Assembly (NCBI RefSeq): GCF_001194135.2
Contig: NC_068986.1
Span: forward strand, 38,199,178 to 38,263,177
Length of the DNA: 64,000 nt
DNA from: Octopus bimaculoides
Lineage: Eukaryota
Reading direction: 5' to 3'
Both the position numbers and the translations under genes were made by a program. Positions 37,001-49,749 of this stretch are shown here, one piece after another. The notes beneath the pieces are model-generated. The model ran no database searches. It saw only the letters and a list, made by a program, of their open reading frames with translations, and had not been told where the DNA came from. The first letter of the stretch is position 1, and every line of letters starts with the position of its first letter.

Positions 37001-40000
37001 ACTAATAATACAAACATAGCAGCTGAAACAGAAGAATGGCAGCTAATAGTGTTGTATGTAGCAGCCATGGAAAGAGAGGAGAAAAAAAAAAATAGGTGAA
37101 TGGTTTAGGCACCACAGAATTTCTACCTTACCACAGCTACCATCCTGTTGTGTATTTAAATGTTCACCTTGGGTATAGAAGAAGGACTGTTAATAATACA
37201 GAAGGTTGGATAATAACCTCACCAACTTTTTTGCTTTATCACTATTTTTTACATTACTTTTTCCATGCAAGTAAACATAAGATGGTTTTATGTATATTTG
37301 GAGTTTTCCATATTGTAAAAGGCATTTTTAATGGGTGTGTATGTGTGTGTGCGTGCATGCATGCATGTATGTGTATGTGTGTGTGTCCTGTGTGTATTCA
37401 ACAATAAGCATTCATCCATGAAATAAGATATTTCTAAAGTAGAAATGTGTTTATATTTCATTTCCCATTAACCCCCTTGCCTATAAATTTAAGGTCTGAT
37501 GCCTGTCAAAAATAAATATAATTATTTCTCTTTAGAAGAGAAATGGGATGTTTCCTCTGTATGATCTTTTTTTTAATTCCAGATAAAGGCAATTTCATTT
37601 CACTTATGAAGCTAATAGGTTTGGGAAACGCATGTATGTCACACACTTCATTTCTCTCCATCTTCCCACCTAATCCCTAAATGCAACACTTTGAGAAAGA
37701 AATCAATTGTACAATGTTTATAGTTTTGGGCTTCACAATTTTCATTTTTGTAATTTTTCACCCCCACCCCACCCTAAAGTAGCAGGGTAGTATCTATAGA
37801 CTTTATAGGACCTCTCTGACTGTGGAATAGTTAGAGTTAAATCATCATCATCATCATTTAACGTCCGTTTTCCATACTGGCATGGGTTGGACTGTTTGAC
37901 AGGACATGGTAAGGCCAGGGACTGTACCAGGTTTCATTGCCTGTTTTGCCTTGGTTTCTACAGCTGAATGCCCTTCCTAACACAAGCCATTTTATAGAGT
38001 ATTGATGAGTGAAGATGTATCTATCAGGCACGTGGCTTTATTTCCTTCCTTTCTTTTACCCCTTACATATGCCAGAATTTAGTAATATCACTGTTCCAGA
38101 TATGCAATCAGTAAAATAGTGTAGGATTTACTTGACCCTAGGTTTGTGACCAAAGAATTTCCTGGTTCTCAGAATGAATATTAATCTTTATGCAGTGGTG
38201 TAACTAGGCTGGAGGAAAGCTTTGAATTTGTCATGAGGTTGCTTGCTCACCAATAGTGATTGCTTGTTGGGGTAAGACCGTTGTCATGTGGTCTATCTGA
38301 CTGCATTTATAATAAATGAAGCAAGCTCACAAACTTTTAGCATATTTATTGATGGACATGAATAACTGTGTTGGCAAGTTAGAAAAAGAAAGATGCAGAT
38401 ATAATATTTGCAGGCTAGGAGGAGAGATCTATACTGTGTGTCTTGACAGCTGGCTGTGGTACATCATGTGTGAGTGTCCAAAGTTGTCTCTTGCTCAACA
38501 TGGTCTGCTTGAGTGCCCAAGGTCATCTACCTGAATGCCTACAGTGGTCTGCCTGAATAGTCTGCCTCCACAGTGTGTCTCTGCAATCTGCCTAATGAGT
38601 TAGGTACCAAATGGTTTTTACAGAGTAAAAAGGGGTGCATAGCAGACATTAAAGTACTGCTCTTATAAAAATGCTATCCAGAGCAGACCACCACCATTGC
38701 TCTCCTTCCCAGATAAAATTGTTTCATAAATAACTTTATCAATTTAGTATATTTGTTATTAGCATACCAACAGTCATCAGAGACAAGGCCAAACAGCAGC
38801 TAGGAATTCCTAAGTTCTTCAGTATGTTTTAGTAATCATAGTTAAGGCTGTGTGTGATGATTTTAACCATGTGTTATTCAGAATCAATGTGGGTGTGATG
38901 ATGTGATAAGGGTACCTCATTTTGAGATGTGCAGTGACTGTGTTTTGAAATTTTCTGGAAGAAACTAACTTATCATTTCTTCTGTTCATAGAATTTTCTG
39001 TTCATTGAGACTAGAATTACTGGGACATTGGAAGTTGCATGATTTTTATTAAGAGTCAAAGACACAGGAGGGTCTCAGTGATAGGAGAGAAGTCATTGAT
39101 CCAGTCTGTCAGTAGGTCAACCCTTTATACATTCTACCAGAAACAAATAGCTCCCTCTCCATCTTCCTCTCTCTTTCTCCCCCCCTCTCACATGCACACA
39201 TATACACCCACTACGCACACAAACACACACACACACACAAACCCACATGCACACACACACACATGCATACACACACACGGACACACACGCACACACACAC
39301 ACGCATACACACACACGGACACACACACGGACACACACACGCACACACACACACATGCACAAACATATCATCATCATCATCATTCTGAAATTCACTTTTC
39401 CATACGTGAATTTGTTGGGGTAGATTTTCAACAGCTGGTTGCCTTTCCTGTTGCCAACTTTCACCTCTTTCTAACCAGGTAGTGTGTGTGTGTGTGTGTG
39501 CCTCTGTGTGCGTACATGTGTGTGTGTGCATGCACATAACCACACATACATTTACTCAGAAAAACTAAAACTATATTCAAAGACCTTTAATCAAATGCCA
39601 TTTAAAATTGCTCAGGATTCTAGGCCAGAAGTTTCATTAATGTGCAATGATTCTCAGTGGAAGAAATGTTGTTTCTAAGCTTGTATCCATTATGTACAGT
39701 TGTTCATAGGAGATGAGGAAATGAAATGAAATTAATTTTTACCTATAAGTTGAAGAAACAATATTGTCAACAAATCTTAAAGTAAACAGTTTAAACTGTG
39801 CATTAATAATTTTCCTTGTAAAAATAACTGTAACTGCTTTAGCATTCTAAAGTGTTTGACTTCTTGGATAAGAAGCTGATAAATAACCTAGTCATATTAT
39901 ATGATATATACAATACTTCATCATCATTTTACATCTGCTTTTCATACTGGCTTGGGTTGGACAGTTTGACAGGATCTAACATGTGAGAGGAGTGTGTTAT

Positions 40001-40299
40001 ACTCTAATGTTTCAGATTTGGCATGGTTTCTACTGTTGGATGCCCTTCCTAATGTCAATCACTTTACAGAGTATACTGGGTGCTTTTATGTAGCACTAGC
40101 ACTAGTAAGGCTGTCTTGCAACTTACAAAATCAAAGAGCCAAAAGAACTCAGGTGTACACCACTGATTTTTATCAGTAGTCTTTCTTCACAGAAGATGTC
40201 TTATTAGAATCAGTGTTAAACAATCAAACATTTGATTATTAGTAGCATAACCCGAAACAAAGACATCAACATTCATTTGTTTCAACATGCCATATTGTA

Positions 40300-40655
40300 A
40301 TATCAAAGTACACCAGTCAGGGAGTCTAAGCTCTTGGCAGTAATATGTGTTTTCGGTCTACCAATATGAGATCTCATTCCAATACCACCAGACAAATATC
40401 ATTTATATAACTCCAAGCAAGAAATCCTGTAATTGCTCTCTGTAACTGACACATGAAAGTTGCTGAGCAATGAGCAGAGTACATTTGATTTCTACCACTT
40501 ACAGTTGGTGATAAAATACAATTTGAAAAACAAGTTGAACTCCATTCTCCCAAATGGAATATAACAGGGCAGGTAATCGAAATACAACACCATGACCTAA
40601 ATTATAATTAAAGTAGATGGTTCAGGTAGAATTACCACATAAATTTCTGAGGAAA
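40300..40655 (+). pseudogene. Gypsy integrase C-terminal remnant
   Basis: FGLPI*DLIPIPPDKY...LPLTVGDKIQFEKQ...PKWNITGQVIE...IIKVDGSGRIT. Confidence 0.65.
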
Positions 40656-41649
40656 AACTGTGACCACACAGCTCACAATAATTGATTATCACTTCTTACA
40701 GACATTGAACATTGATAACACAAGACACTAATCAATTCACCCAGACATAACACTAGTGAATGCAAATTTGAGTCATGGAAGATGCCTAATGAGCCAGCTG
40801 AACTAACACAAATATAGACAAATGCATCAAATCAATACACCAGCCAATAACAAAGCTTTTAATACCACAAATCTAAGATTCGTAAATCTTAAAACCACCT
40901 TAACACATGCCAGCTGTTATTCAAAAGTTTCCAGAGCCTCAATGCAAACTGGAAAAGTTAAATCACATATTAAATCACCAAGACCTATGAGAGCAGATGA
41001 TAAGTCAGTACATTAGTTTTAGTGTTTTAGGTTTGGAAAGCCAAAGGACCTATGAATATCTGACAGCACCCTACCTGAAAAAAAAAAAAAAAAAGAAGGA
41101 ACTCCTTCCATTTTATTATCTTACAAAGTTAACAAACATGTAAGTCTTCAGTATTCTTCAACTTTTTACTGGGGTCTGTCTGTTTTACTTGTGAAATGAA
41201 TGAGTTATTCACTCCTATGAAGGGATGAGAGACAGAGCTGGATCAAGACTCATAGAGACCTGAAGTACTTAAAAAGATTTTGGTGCTTTCATATATATGT
41301 AATTCAAGATGTAAATAATAATAAACCATAAAATAATTTATTTTATTTTTCAAAATGACGCAAAATTAACAGTAAGAGGGAAAATAATGTTTATTTTTGT
41401 ATACTTCCACTTTATATTTGAAAATTTTTTCCCTACTTTTTTGAATTGCAAAGTCTTTGATCATATCCTCACAATGACACCATGAACACTTCAAAATTAT
41501 ATTTCTGATCATATAAACCGCTTTGAATATTACTTTAGCAAGTTTAAAGTGATTTCTTTTTTGCTGTAAACCATTAACCATTTCTGTAGCTCCCCACTTC
41601 CCCTGATACCCTAGCACGTGTTTATTTGCCTTAATCGTTAATCCAACGC

Positions 41650-41885
41650 TGATGAATGATAAAGTATTGTTAGCAACACTATCAGTATCAATTTCTCTGG
41701 CACTGCTTGATTCCATCACATGATCTTGCTAAATCAGCAAGTCAAGTTTGAGATATGGTAGACATTAAAAAGTGTTTAATATTTGTCATTTTGCCCAAAG
41801 GAGCTTTCTATTGATGCTACTACAACTGAGTTTGCTAAATACATTCTTAAACTAATTCAAACATTTGGAAATATCACAGAAAGTT
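41650..41885 (-). pseudogene. hAT transposase C-terminal dimerisation domain remnant
   Basis: FPNV*ISLRMYL..VVVASIESSFG / MTNIKHFLMSTISQT*LADLAR / AREIDTDSV, matching the FPN..ALR..L..V..AS.ERSFS...IK..LRSTMSQ.RL..LA....ID.D.V pattern. Confidence 0.7.
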
Positions 41886-42369
41886 TGTAGACAATTGATG
41901 AATTTATAAAATTCTAAAAGTTTCAGTTCTGGTTTTCCAAAATTTGCTTTGTGTTCTGACAATAAACATCACGTTTCTGACACAAAAATCTCCATCATTA
42001 ACGTAAAGTATTGAATAACTTCCTTTCAATTGTAAGATTACTTGTTTCTTATTTTTTACTAAACCAATCATATTTTAATAAAATATTCAACTGTAGAGTC
42101 TCCTCCTTTTTATCTAGTTCTCTGGGTCGTTATAACAACATAATATTGTGTCAGAATATGATAATCTCCAGCTACGAAAGAAAGAAGACACACACAGAGA
42201 TAAGTATGCTGAATTTCATTTATGCGCTCATAAAGTGCGCGGGCAAATCATTTGAAAGTAAAGTATCCTGACTCAATCTACCAGATACAATCGGTCTAAA
42301 CAAGGTGAGTTTGAAACCGTGAATAAAACACGAACTTTGAAAGAAATATAGATGAAAACTGATAGGTAT

Positions 42370-43650
42370 GGGAACAATAATATGATTCGTATGCACTAAC
42401 TGCAGGAGTCAGAGAAAAAGAAGGAAATGTGCAAGATGTAACTTATCTCCGCATTGCCGGGTTCCAAGTACCATAGCTATTTAACTAATTTGAGTTTGAA
42501 AGCCAAGACGATAAAGACACGATTATCGCTGTTAAAACGAAATTCCAAGATTACTGTCGCCCTTAAATAAACATCACATATCTCTGCAATCATTATTTAG
42601 TAGAAATCAGTTAACATCGAAGAAATTCGATTCATTTCTGACATTAAACTAAGACATAAATGCTGTATATTTGGGAATTTACAAGTTGATATAATCAGAG
42701 ATAAGATCGAATACGAAACAAAGATGCTCGAGAGTTACTGCTTCAGGATGCAGAATTAACGTTAAAAAGGTATAGATAAATCCAGAGCTTATTAAAATAA
42801 GTACTACACTGGTGAAAGGCATCACTGAAGACTCTTAATTCTCAACTGTGACGCAAAAAAATATTATCGGTAAACGAGGAAAAAAAGCAAAAAAGAAAAC
42901 CCCAAAAACAAAACTAAAAAAAATAAAGAAAAGATCAAAGAAAAAACCCAAGAAATGATCGTGTTGCGAGAGGTTTGCTCGTCGCTTGAGTTGGGTCGCG
43001 GAGAATGTGTCGTTGCTGGACTTTTCATTGTTAGGGGAAAGTAACGTTTAGAATAACCGAAGCAAACTCATGAACATTTTACTGCAATGTTTATTGCTGG
43101 ATATAAATATATAAAAATATATGTTAGCAAATTTCAATGAACAATATTCATAATTGCCATCTGAGAGGAGAGGAAAGCTGCTCTGAAAAGATAGAAATCT
43201 ATCTGAGTGACATCATGCAGTCAGTCCACAAACACATGAAATAATATGCGCAAATCTCCGAGGTGATCTCCGAGGTTCGTCGGCTGTCTGCCTGACTAGA
43301 GCGGAGGCGTGTAAGTCAGTCAGCCATCTTCAACACTCTGCGACGAATTGAACGCCCAAAACGGTTTTTATAGGGGACAAGAAGTCAAATTTTAGAGCCT
43401 TCGTGAAAAACATATCACGCCACAACCTCACACTGATTGGTCGACTTATTTACCGATCATGTGAAACTATATTGGTTCACTCGTGGTATCTGATCGAGTA
43501 TCTAGCGGTTAGGTTTCGAATCACCGCTACAACCGTATCAATTCATATGGTAGATGTAGAGGTAGCCATCCATGTAAACAATGTCTTGCCTATGGCAAAA
43601 ATGTGCAATACGCCATAAATAAAAGCATTTTACAAATGGTTCTAAACAAT
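42370..43650 (+). pseudogene. Gypsy gag remnant, split by a solo LTR
   Basis: YALTAGVREKEGNVQ..YLRIAG...KFQDYCRP*INITY; LLQDAELTL; after the insert, GRCRGSHPCKQCLAYGK (CCHC knuckle). Confidence 0.7.
42962..43531 (-). mobile_element. Solo LTR (570 bp) inserted in gag
   Basis: Ends TGTTGCGA / CCGCTACA (6/8 inverted match); flanks ATCG and ACCG; minus-strand TATAAAAA at 43365-72 upstream of AATAAA at 43090-95. Confidence 0.75.
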
Positions 43651-43979
43651 CGCAAGGTGTGTCAGAAATAAAAACACAGGAAATCGATTCGTATTGATAT
43701 TTATTTCTAGATAGGTAAAAAATGCAGTAACATCTGACTGGAGGCAAGTCATTACAGTAGAAGACAGACAGAGCGTTGACTTCAAACTTCCATCATAAGG
43801 AAATATTATTTCAAACAGCGCACTTTTATAGCGCTCGTTTTTCACAGGTACATTACAGTCAACTAATGTCCGACTGAAGAGCTACAGTGAGCATAACAAA
43901 GTTATGAAACATGTTTCAAGTTGTCGATCAGAAGCATCGTTTATCCTGAGAAAAGATGCATGCGGCAAATCAGATTTAT

Positions 43980-45545
43980 TAAAAAGACTTGAAGTAAACT
44001 CCGAGAACTCATCGCTAGATCACCCAGATCTATATAAAGGTTTTGGAAAAGTATCCGGTCTACACTCAATTAAGTTAAAACCTGATGCTACGCCAGTCAT
44101 ACCTGCCACAGAGAATTCAATAAGCTATTTGCGATCAAGTTCAGGGAAAGTTGAACTTTATCATATGGGTCATCTTAACGCCATTGTTAAACAGCGTGAG
44201 CTTATAGCATGGATCAACTCAATGATCTCAGAACAAAAACATGACAGGATATGGATCTGCATTGATTCAAATAATCTCAACAAAGTTATTATGCGTGACC
44301 ATCACCCAGCTATGATACCTGAAAAAGTTGCTGCACAGATAGGAAATGCTGCCTAGTTCGCCAAACTAGATGCGTGACACATTTACTGGCTTATGCAGTT
44401 GGAAGAAGAAAGCTCAAAACTGTGAAATGAAATCTTTGTTTGGCAGATGTCGCTTCCTGCATTTACTATTTAGTTTGTGCTGCTCAGGAAAAATAAAACG
44501 AGCTATGGAAACTATCCGTGAAGGAATTGATGTGGGGTAATTCCAACAAAGAACATGACAGGAGATTGAAACATTAATCGTGTTACTCAAGCAAGACTAA
44601 AACTAAACCTTGACAAAGCAGAAATCAGCAAAGACGAAGTTAGATATGTTGGTCATAGACTTACTCGCCAAACCCGGAGCGTTTGAGTGCAGTTGTTGAG
44701 ATACCAGAACCCACAAACAAGCAATATATACGAGGGGGTGCTGAAAAATACCTGACTTTAAGGCTGTCGCGACAGGCCTCGTTGGAAGCCTTCCGAGTTC
44801 TTTTGTAGGTTTTAGGAAAACTGAAGGGTCACTGCAATAACTGAGTGAATCTGAGAGGGGAATATATTAGATAACATCATAATTAACTGATCTTCTTGTA
44901 TTTTTTTTTACCCAAAGCCAGAAACTTTTCAGCACCCCTGCTACTTAGATTTATAGGAATGGTCACGTATATTGCTGAATTTATTTCTAATTTATGTAAC
45001 GTTTCAGCACCATTACATGAGCTTACTAAAGATAACAGAGAATTTGCATGGAATTATACTCACCGGAAGAGTTTTGATAAGCTAAAGGATCTGATAACAA
45101 ACGCTCCAGTTCTAAAGTATTCCGATGCCAAGAAAACAAGCATACTTTCGGTAGACAGCTCAAAAGATGGCCTAGGAACATACATATTATAAGATAATCA
45201 TTCTATCACGTACATTAACGGTAACCCCCACAAAAATAAATAAATAAATAAATAAACCAGCTACTCACAACTAGAGAAGGTACTGCTAGTCATAGTCTTT
45301 GGGTGTAGACAGTTCTACAAGTATGGGTACACAAAGGCAGTATTAGTTGAAACTGATAAAAAACCGTTAGTATAGATTTTCCAGAAGAATCTTTGTGTAT
45401 TCACACAACGAGTAAGGAAAAGGATTTTACTCATGCAAAGATATCTCAGAATCACGTACAACCTGAGAAAAATTTACTTGTACATGATACTCTTTCTAGA
45501 GCATTACTTGTTGATGAAAATGTTTCTAATGCATATCTAAATGAG
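43980..45545 (+). pseudogene. Gypsy reverse transcriptase plus RNase H remnant
   Basis: FGKVSGLHSIKLKPDATPV; AWINSM...IWICIDSNNLNKVIMRDHHP; FAKLDA..YW; LRFIGMVTYIAEF..NL..VSAPLHEL; LITNAPVLKY...VDSSKDGLG. Confidence 0.88.
44731..44941. mobile_element. Mariner MITE (211 bp) inside the RT/RNase H junction
   Basis: TA|CGAGGGGGTGCTGAAAA ... TTTTCAGCACCCCTGC|TA; removing it restores EPTNKQ..LRFIGMV. Confidence 0.85.
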
Positions 45546-45561
45546 CCTTAAGATTCACTAT

Positions 45562-46140
45562 AAAGCGGCGAACTGGCAGAATTGCTAACACGCCGGGCAA
45601 AATGTTTAGCAGTATTTCGTCCGTCTTTTGTGGAGGCTCAATGGCCCAGTGGTTAGGGCAGCGGACTCGCGGTCATAGGATCGCGGTTTCGATTCCCAGA
45701 CCGGGCGTTGTAAGTGTCTATTGAGCAAAAACACCTAAAGCTCCACGAGGCTCCGGCAGGGGATGGTGGCGAACCCTGCTGTACTCTTCCACCATAACTT
45801 TCTCTCACTCTTTCTTCCTGTTTCTGTTGTACCTGTATTTCAAAGGGCCAGCCTTGTCACACACTGTGTCACGCTGAATATCTCCGAGAACTACGTTAAG
45901 GGTACACGTGTCTGTGAAGTGCTCAGCCACTTGCACGTTAATTTCACGAGCAGGTTGTTCCGTTGATTGGATCAACTGGAACCCTCGACGTTGTAAGCGA
46001 CGGAATGCCAACAACAACAACGTCCGTCTTTATCGTCTGAGCTCATATTCACGGTCGATAAAATAAGTACTAGTTGGACACTGGGGTCGATGTAATCTTT
46101 TGTGAAATTGCTGGTCTTGTGCCAAAATTTAAAACCAACA
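45562..46140 (+). mobile_element. Family B SINE interrupted by a Family C SINE
   Basis: Head AAGCGGCGAACTGGCAGAA at ~45562; remainder resumes after 46031. Confidence 0.8.
45629..46020 (+). mobile_element. Young full-length Family C tRNA-head SINE with (AAC)n tail
   Basis: A-box TGGCCCAGTGGTTAGG, B-box GTTTCGATTCCC; perfect 11-bp TSD CGTCCGTCTTT at 45618-28 and 46021-31. Confidence 0.92.
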
Positions 46141-46149
46141 TTATCAGCT

Positions 46150-47030
46150 TAATTTTTAATGTCTCCAACGAAACTGGAATAGTTTCAGACAACAACCAGT
46201 CCAAGTGTTAATCTGATAACGCTACATTGTGCTCAAGAGTTATTCGGAGTTCTTGAATGAAATTACTTATCGCGACCAACTGCTTTTCAAAAGGAATAAA
46301 GTAATCGTCCCTGAATCGCTTAGAAGTGAAGCAGTGGACAAATTTTACCAGTCAGATCAAGGCATTATAAGAAGTAAGCAGAGAGCCTGAGATGTACTTT
46401 TTTGTCCTAGCATGAACCCCCAAATACGGGAGGCTGTTGAAAAATGTATCATATGTGTCAAATTCAGAACTAACGACCCATTACTTACTGTCTCATAAGG
46501 TCCTTGGTCAAAGGTTGGTGTTGCTTTATTCTCAACCAATGCTGATGATTTTATATTTATTATTGATTATTATTCCAAAATTGCTCAGGTAATGCAATTA
46601 AGAGATCAAATCATTTTTACAGTCATAAATATGCTAGAATCATTTTTTTTCTTTATAGATATGGAAAACCAGATATTCTGATTTCGGATAATGCTTCACA
46701 ATCATCTTCTGAAGAATTTTAAAACATTGACAAAACGTTGGACTGCCATCATATCACATTCAATCCACGATTACCACAACCAAAATGGACAAGCTAGAAG
46801 AACAAAGACCTCTTTTCCGGCACTGTTAGACTTGGGAAATACTTAAATGGACAAATTGGTAAATTACTGGTACAACTTATGAGTCGTCATTTGAGGACAA
46901 CGATACCTACATTATACCAGACACGGTACTAAAAAATCTATCGTATGTTTAGGACGGACTTGCTGAACGCCAAAAGGCTGATAAAGAAACACATAGGAAA
47001 ATCACTCACATTGTTGGAACCCAGTGAGCA
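46150..47030 (+). pseudogene. Gypsy integrase remnant, continuing after 49638
   Basis: LLFKRNKVIVPESLRSEAV..F..SDQGIIRSKQRA*DVLFCPSMN; C-terminal LLEPSE|HVGIQINDK is split by the LTR element. Confidence 0.8.
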
Positions 47031-49634
47031 TGTAGTGACGCTTTAATAGCAGACATTTCCGGAAAGTTTATCCACGCATGCGCAGGGACTAGTTCCGGAA
47101 GGAATACAGGAAGAGTCTCATGCGCGTGCGTAGTCATCGACATCCAAGCTTTCGCGCTTCTTTTCATTCTCTTTCACCCTGGCCGACGAAGAGCCTAGAC
47201 GTCGCAGCAGCCTCTCTCCAGCATTCCAACTCTGGAGCTACACAAATAACCACGCAACATCATTGACGGCGTCTCAGTAACCAAAGGGCGAAGTGCTGCC
47301 GACTTCTATTGTAATAAATATTGTTGTGTTGATAGTTCAGAATCTGCGTTCCGTTGTTTCTTCAAGAAATTTAATGTACGGAAGCGGAGTACACCTAATG
47401 GTGTATAACCACTTNNNNNNNNNNNNNNNNNNNNNNNNNNNNNNNNNNNNNNNNNNNNNNNNNNNNNNNNNNNNNNNNNNNNNNNNNNNNNNNNNNNNNN
47501 NNNNNNNNNNNNNNNNNNNNNNNNNNNNNNNNNNNNNNNNNNNNNNNNNNNNNNNNNNNNNNNNNNNNNNNNNNNNNNNNNNNNNNNNNNNNNNNNNNNN
47601 NNNNNNNNNNNNNNNNNNNNNNNNNNNNNNNNNNNNNNNNNNNNNNNNNNNNNNNNNNNNNNNNNNNNNNNNNNNNNNNNNNNNNNNNNNNNNNNNNNNN
47701 NNNNNNNNNNNNNNNNNNNNNNNNNNNNNNNNNNNNNNNNNNNNNNNNNNNNNNNNNNNNNNNNNNNNNNNNNNNNNNNNNNNNNNNNNNNNNNNNNNNN
47801 NNNNNNNNNNNNNNNNNNNNNNNNNNNNNNNNNNNNNNNNNNNNNNNNNNNNNNNNNNNNNNNNNNNNNNNNNNNNNNNNNNNNNNNNNNNNNNNNNNNN
47901 NNNNNNNNNNNNNNNNNNNNNNNNNNNNNNNNNNNNNNNNNNNNNNNNNNNNNNNNNNNNNNNNNNNNNNNNNNNNNNNNNNNNNNNNNNNNNNNNNNNN
48001 NNNNNNNNNNNNNNNNNNNNNNNNNNNNNNNNNNNNNNNNNNNNNNNNNNNNNNNNNNNNNNNNNNNNNNNNNNNNNNNNNNNNNNNNNNNNNNNNNNNN
48101 NNNNNNNNNNNNNNNNNNNNNNNNNNNNNNNNNNNNNNNNNNNNNNNNNNNNNNNNNNNNNNNNNNNNNNNNNNNNNNNNNNNNNNNNNNNNNNNNNNNN
48201 NNNNNNNNNNNNNNNNNNNNNNNNNNNNNNNNNNNNNNNNNNNNNNNNNNNNNNNNNNNNNNNNNNNNNNNNNNNNNNNNNNNNNNNNNNNNNNNNNNNC
48301 TCTCCGTTTCTCTCGGCCGGAGAATGGAAGAGTTCTGGCTTATCTTCATTTGCACGGGATCTTTTGGTCATTTTCGCTCGCAGCTCCGAATTCATGACAG
48401 CATTTTCAAGCAATGCCACTCAACGGTATCTCTCAAATAGACGCCCTGTCACAACCACCACACACACCACTGTCAACATCTTTACCAATGCATACACCAT
48501 CGCAAACACATATACAGAACACAGCTACAGCCAGTTCCAGCGCCGACGTCTTCACCACCAATGTACTGTCTACCATTGTCGTCGCCAGCAACACCAACAT
48601 CAACAAGCGCGATTTTATCTCGACCCTGTTAGAGTGGTTGTTTCCACTCACGATCAACAGACCAGAACTAACCAGCCAGAATATTCCGTACCAAGTAACA
48701 CAGGTCCCAGCATCGACACTCAACTACAGCTCTGCTCCTTGACCACAACTTCCTGCGTATGAACATTCTAAATCTTGTGTAACTCTTATACGAACTGGAT
48801 TTTTTTCGCTACAGACACTTTTACTATGTTCTGTGTNNNNNNNNNNNNNNNNNNNNNNNNNNNNNNNNNNNNNNNNNNNNNNNNNNNNNNNNNNNNNNNN
48901 NNNNNNNNNNNNNNNNNNNNNNNNNNNNNNNNNNNNNNNNNNNNNNNNNNNNNNNNNNNNNNNNNNNNNNNNNNNNNNNNNNNNNNNNNNNNNNNNNNNN
49001 NNNNNNNNNNNNNNNNNNNNNNNNNNNNNNNNNNNNNNNNNNNNNNNNNNNNNNNNNNNNNNNNNNNNNNNNNNNNNNNNNNNNNNNNNNNNNNNNNNNN
49101 NNNNNNNNNNNNNNNNNNNNNNNNNNNNNNNNNNNNNNNNNNNNNNNNNNNNNNNNNNNNNNNNNNNNNNNNNNNNNNNNNNNNNNNNNNNNNNNNNNNN
49201 NNNNNNNNNNNNNNNNNNNNNNNNNNNNNNNNNNNNNNNNNNNNNNNNNNNNNNNNNNNNNNNNNNNNNNNNNNNNNNNNNNNNNNNNNNNNNNNNNNNN
49301 NNNNNNNNNNNNNNNNNNNNNNNNNNNNNNNNNNNNNNNNNNNNNNNNNNNNNNNNNNNNNNNNNNNNNNNNNNNNNNNNNNNNNNNNNNNNNNNNNNNN
49401 NNNNNNNNNNNNNNNNGCAGCAACCACTCTCCAACAATCCAACTCTGGAGCTACACAAATAACCACGCAACTTCATTGACGGCGTCTCAGTAACCAAAGG
49501 GCAAAGTGCTGCTGAATTCTATTGTAATAAATATTGTTGTGTTGATAGTTCAGAATCTGCGTTCCGTTGTTTCTTCAAGAAATTTAATGTACGGAAGCGG
49601 AGTACACCTAATGGTGTATAACCACTTCCCTACA
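47031..49634 (+). mobile_element. Younger LTR element, two ~390-bp LTRs, internal region mostly in gaps
   Basis: TGTAGTGACG...CTTCCCTACA (8/10 inverted match); 4-bp TSD AGCA at 47027-30 and 49635-38; 47204-47414 is repeated at 49417-49627; AATAAA inside the LTR. Confidence 0.88.
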
Positions 49635-49749
49635 AGCATGTAGGAATACAAATAAATGACAAAACAAAGATACCCGAAATTGTCAAGGACAAAAGTGATT
49701 AGCTGAGATTGTATGAGACAACTGGAAAGAAATACAGTGGGGACCGACA

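Larger units (their letters stand above)
42350..49740 (+). mobile_element. Decayed Ty3/Gypsy retrotransposon (gag-PR-RT-RH-IN) with nested insertions
   Basis: Gag, zinc knuckle, RT, RNase H and integrase remnants are colinear once the insertions are removed; its own LTRs were not identified. Confidence 0.88.

Noticed and set aside
41366-41719. 117-aa minus-strand ORF as a host gene exon
   Set aside because: Its first part is the frameshifted tail of the hAT dimerisation domain and the rest has no recognisable homology.
45632-45710. Possible tRNA gene
   Set aside because: A and B boxes are present but the acceptor and T stems do not pair; it is the head of a TSD-flanked SINE.
47027-47035. 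Alternative 9-bp TSD AGCATGTAG (Mutator-like) for the 47-49.6-kb element
   Set aside because: Paired LTRs and the TGTAG...CTACA terminal inverted match favour a 4-bp TSD; the extra TGTAG match is coincidental with the target.
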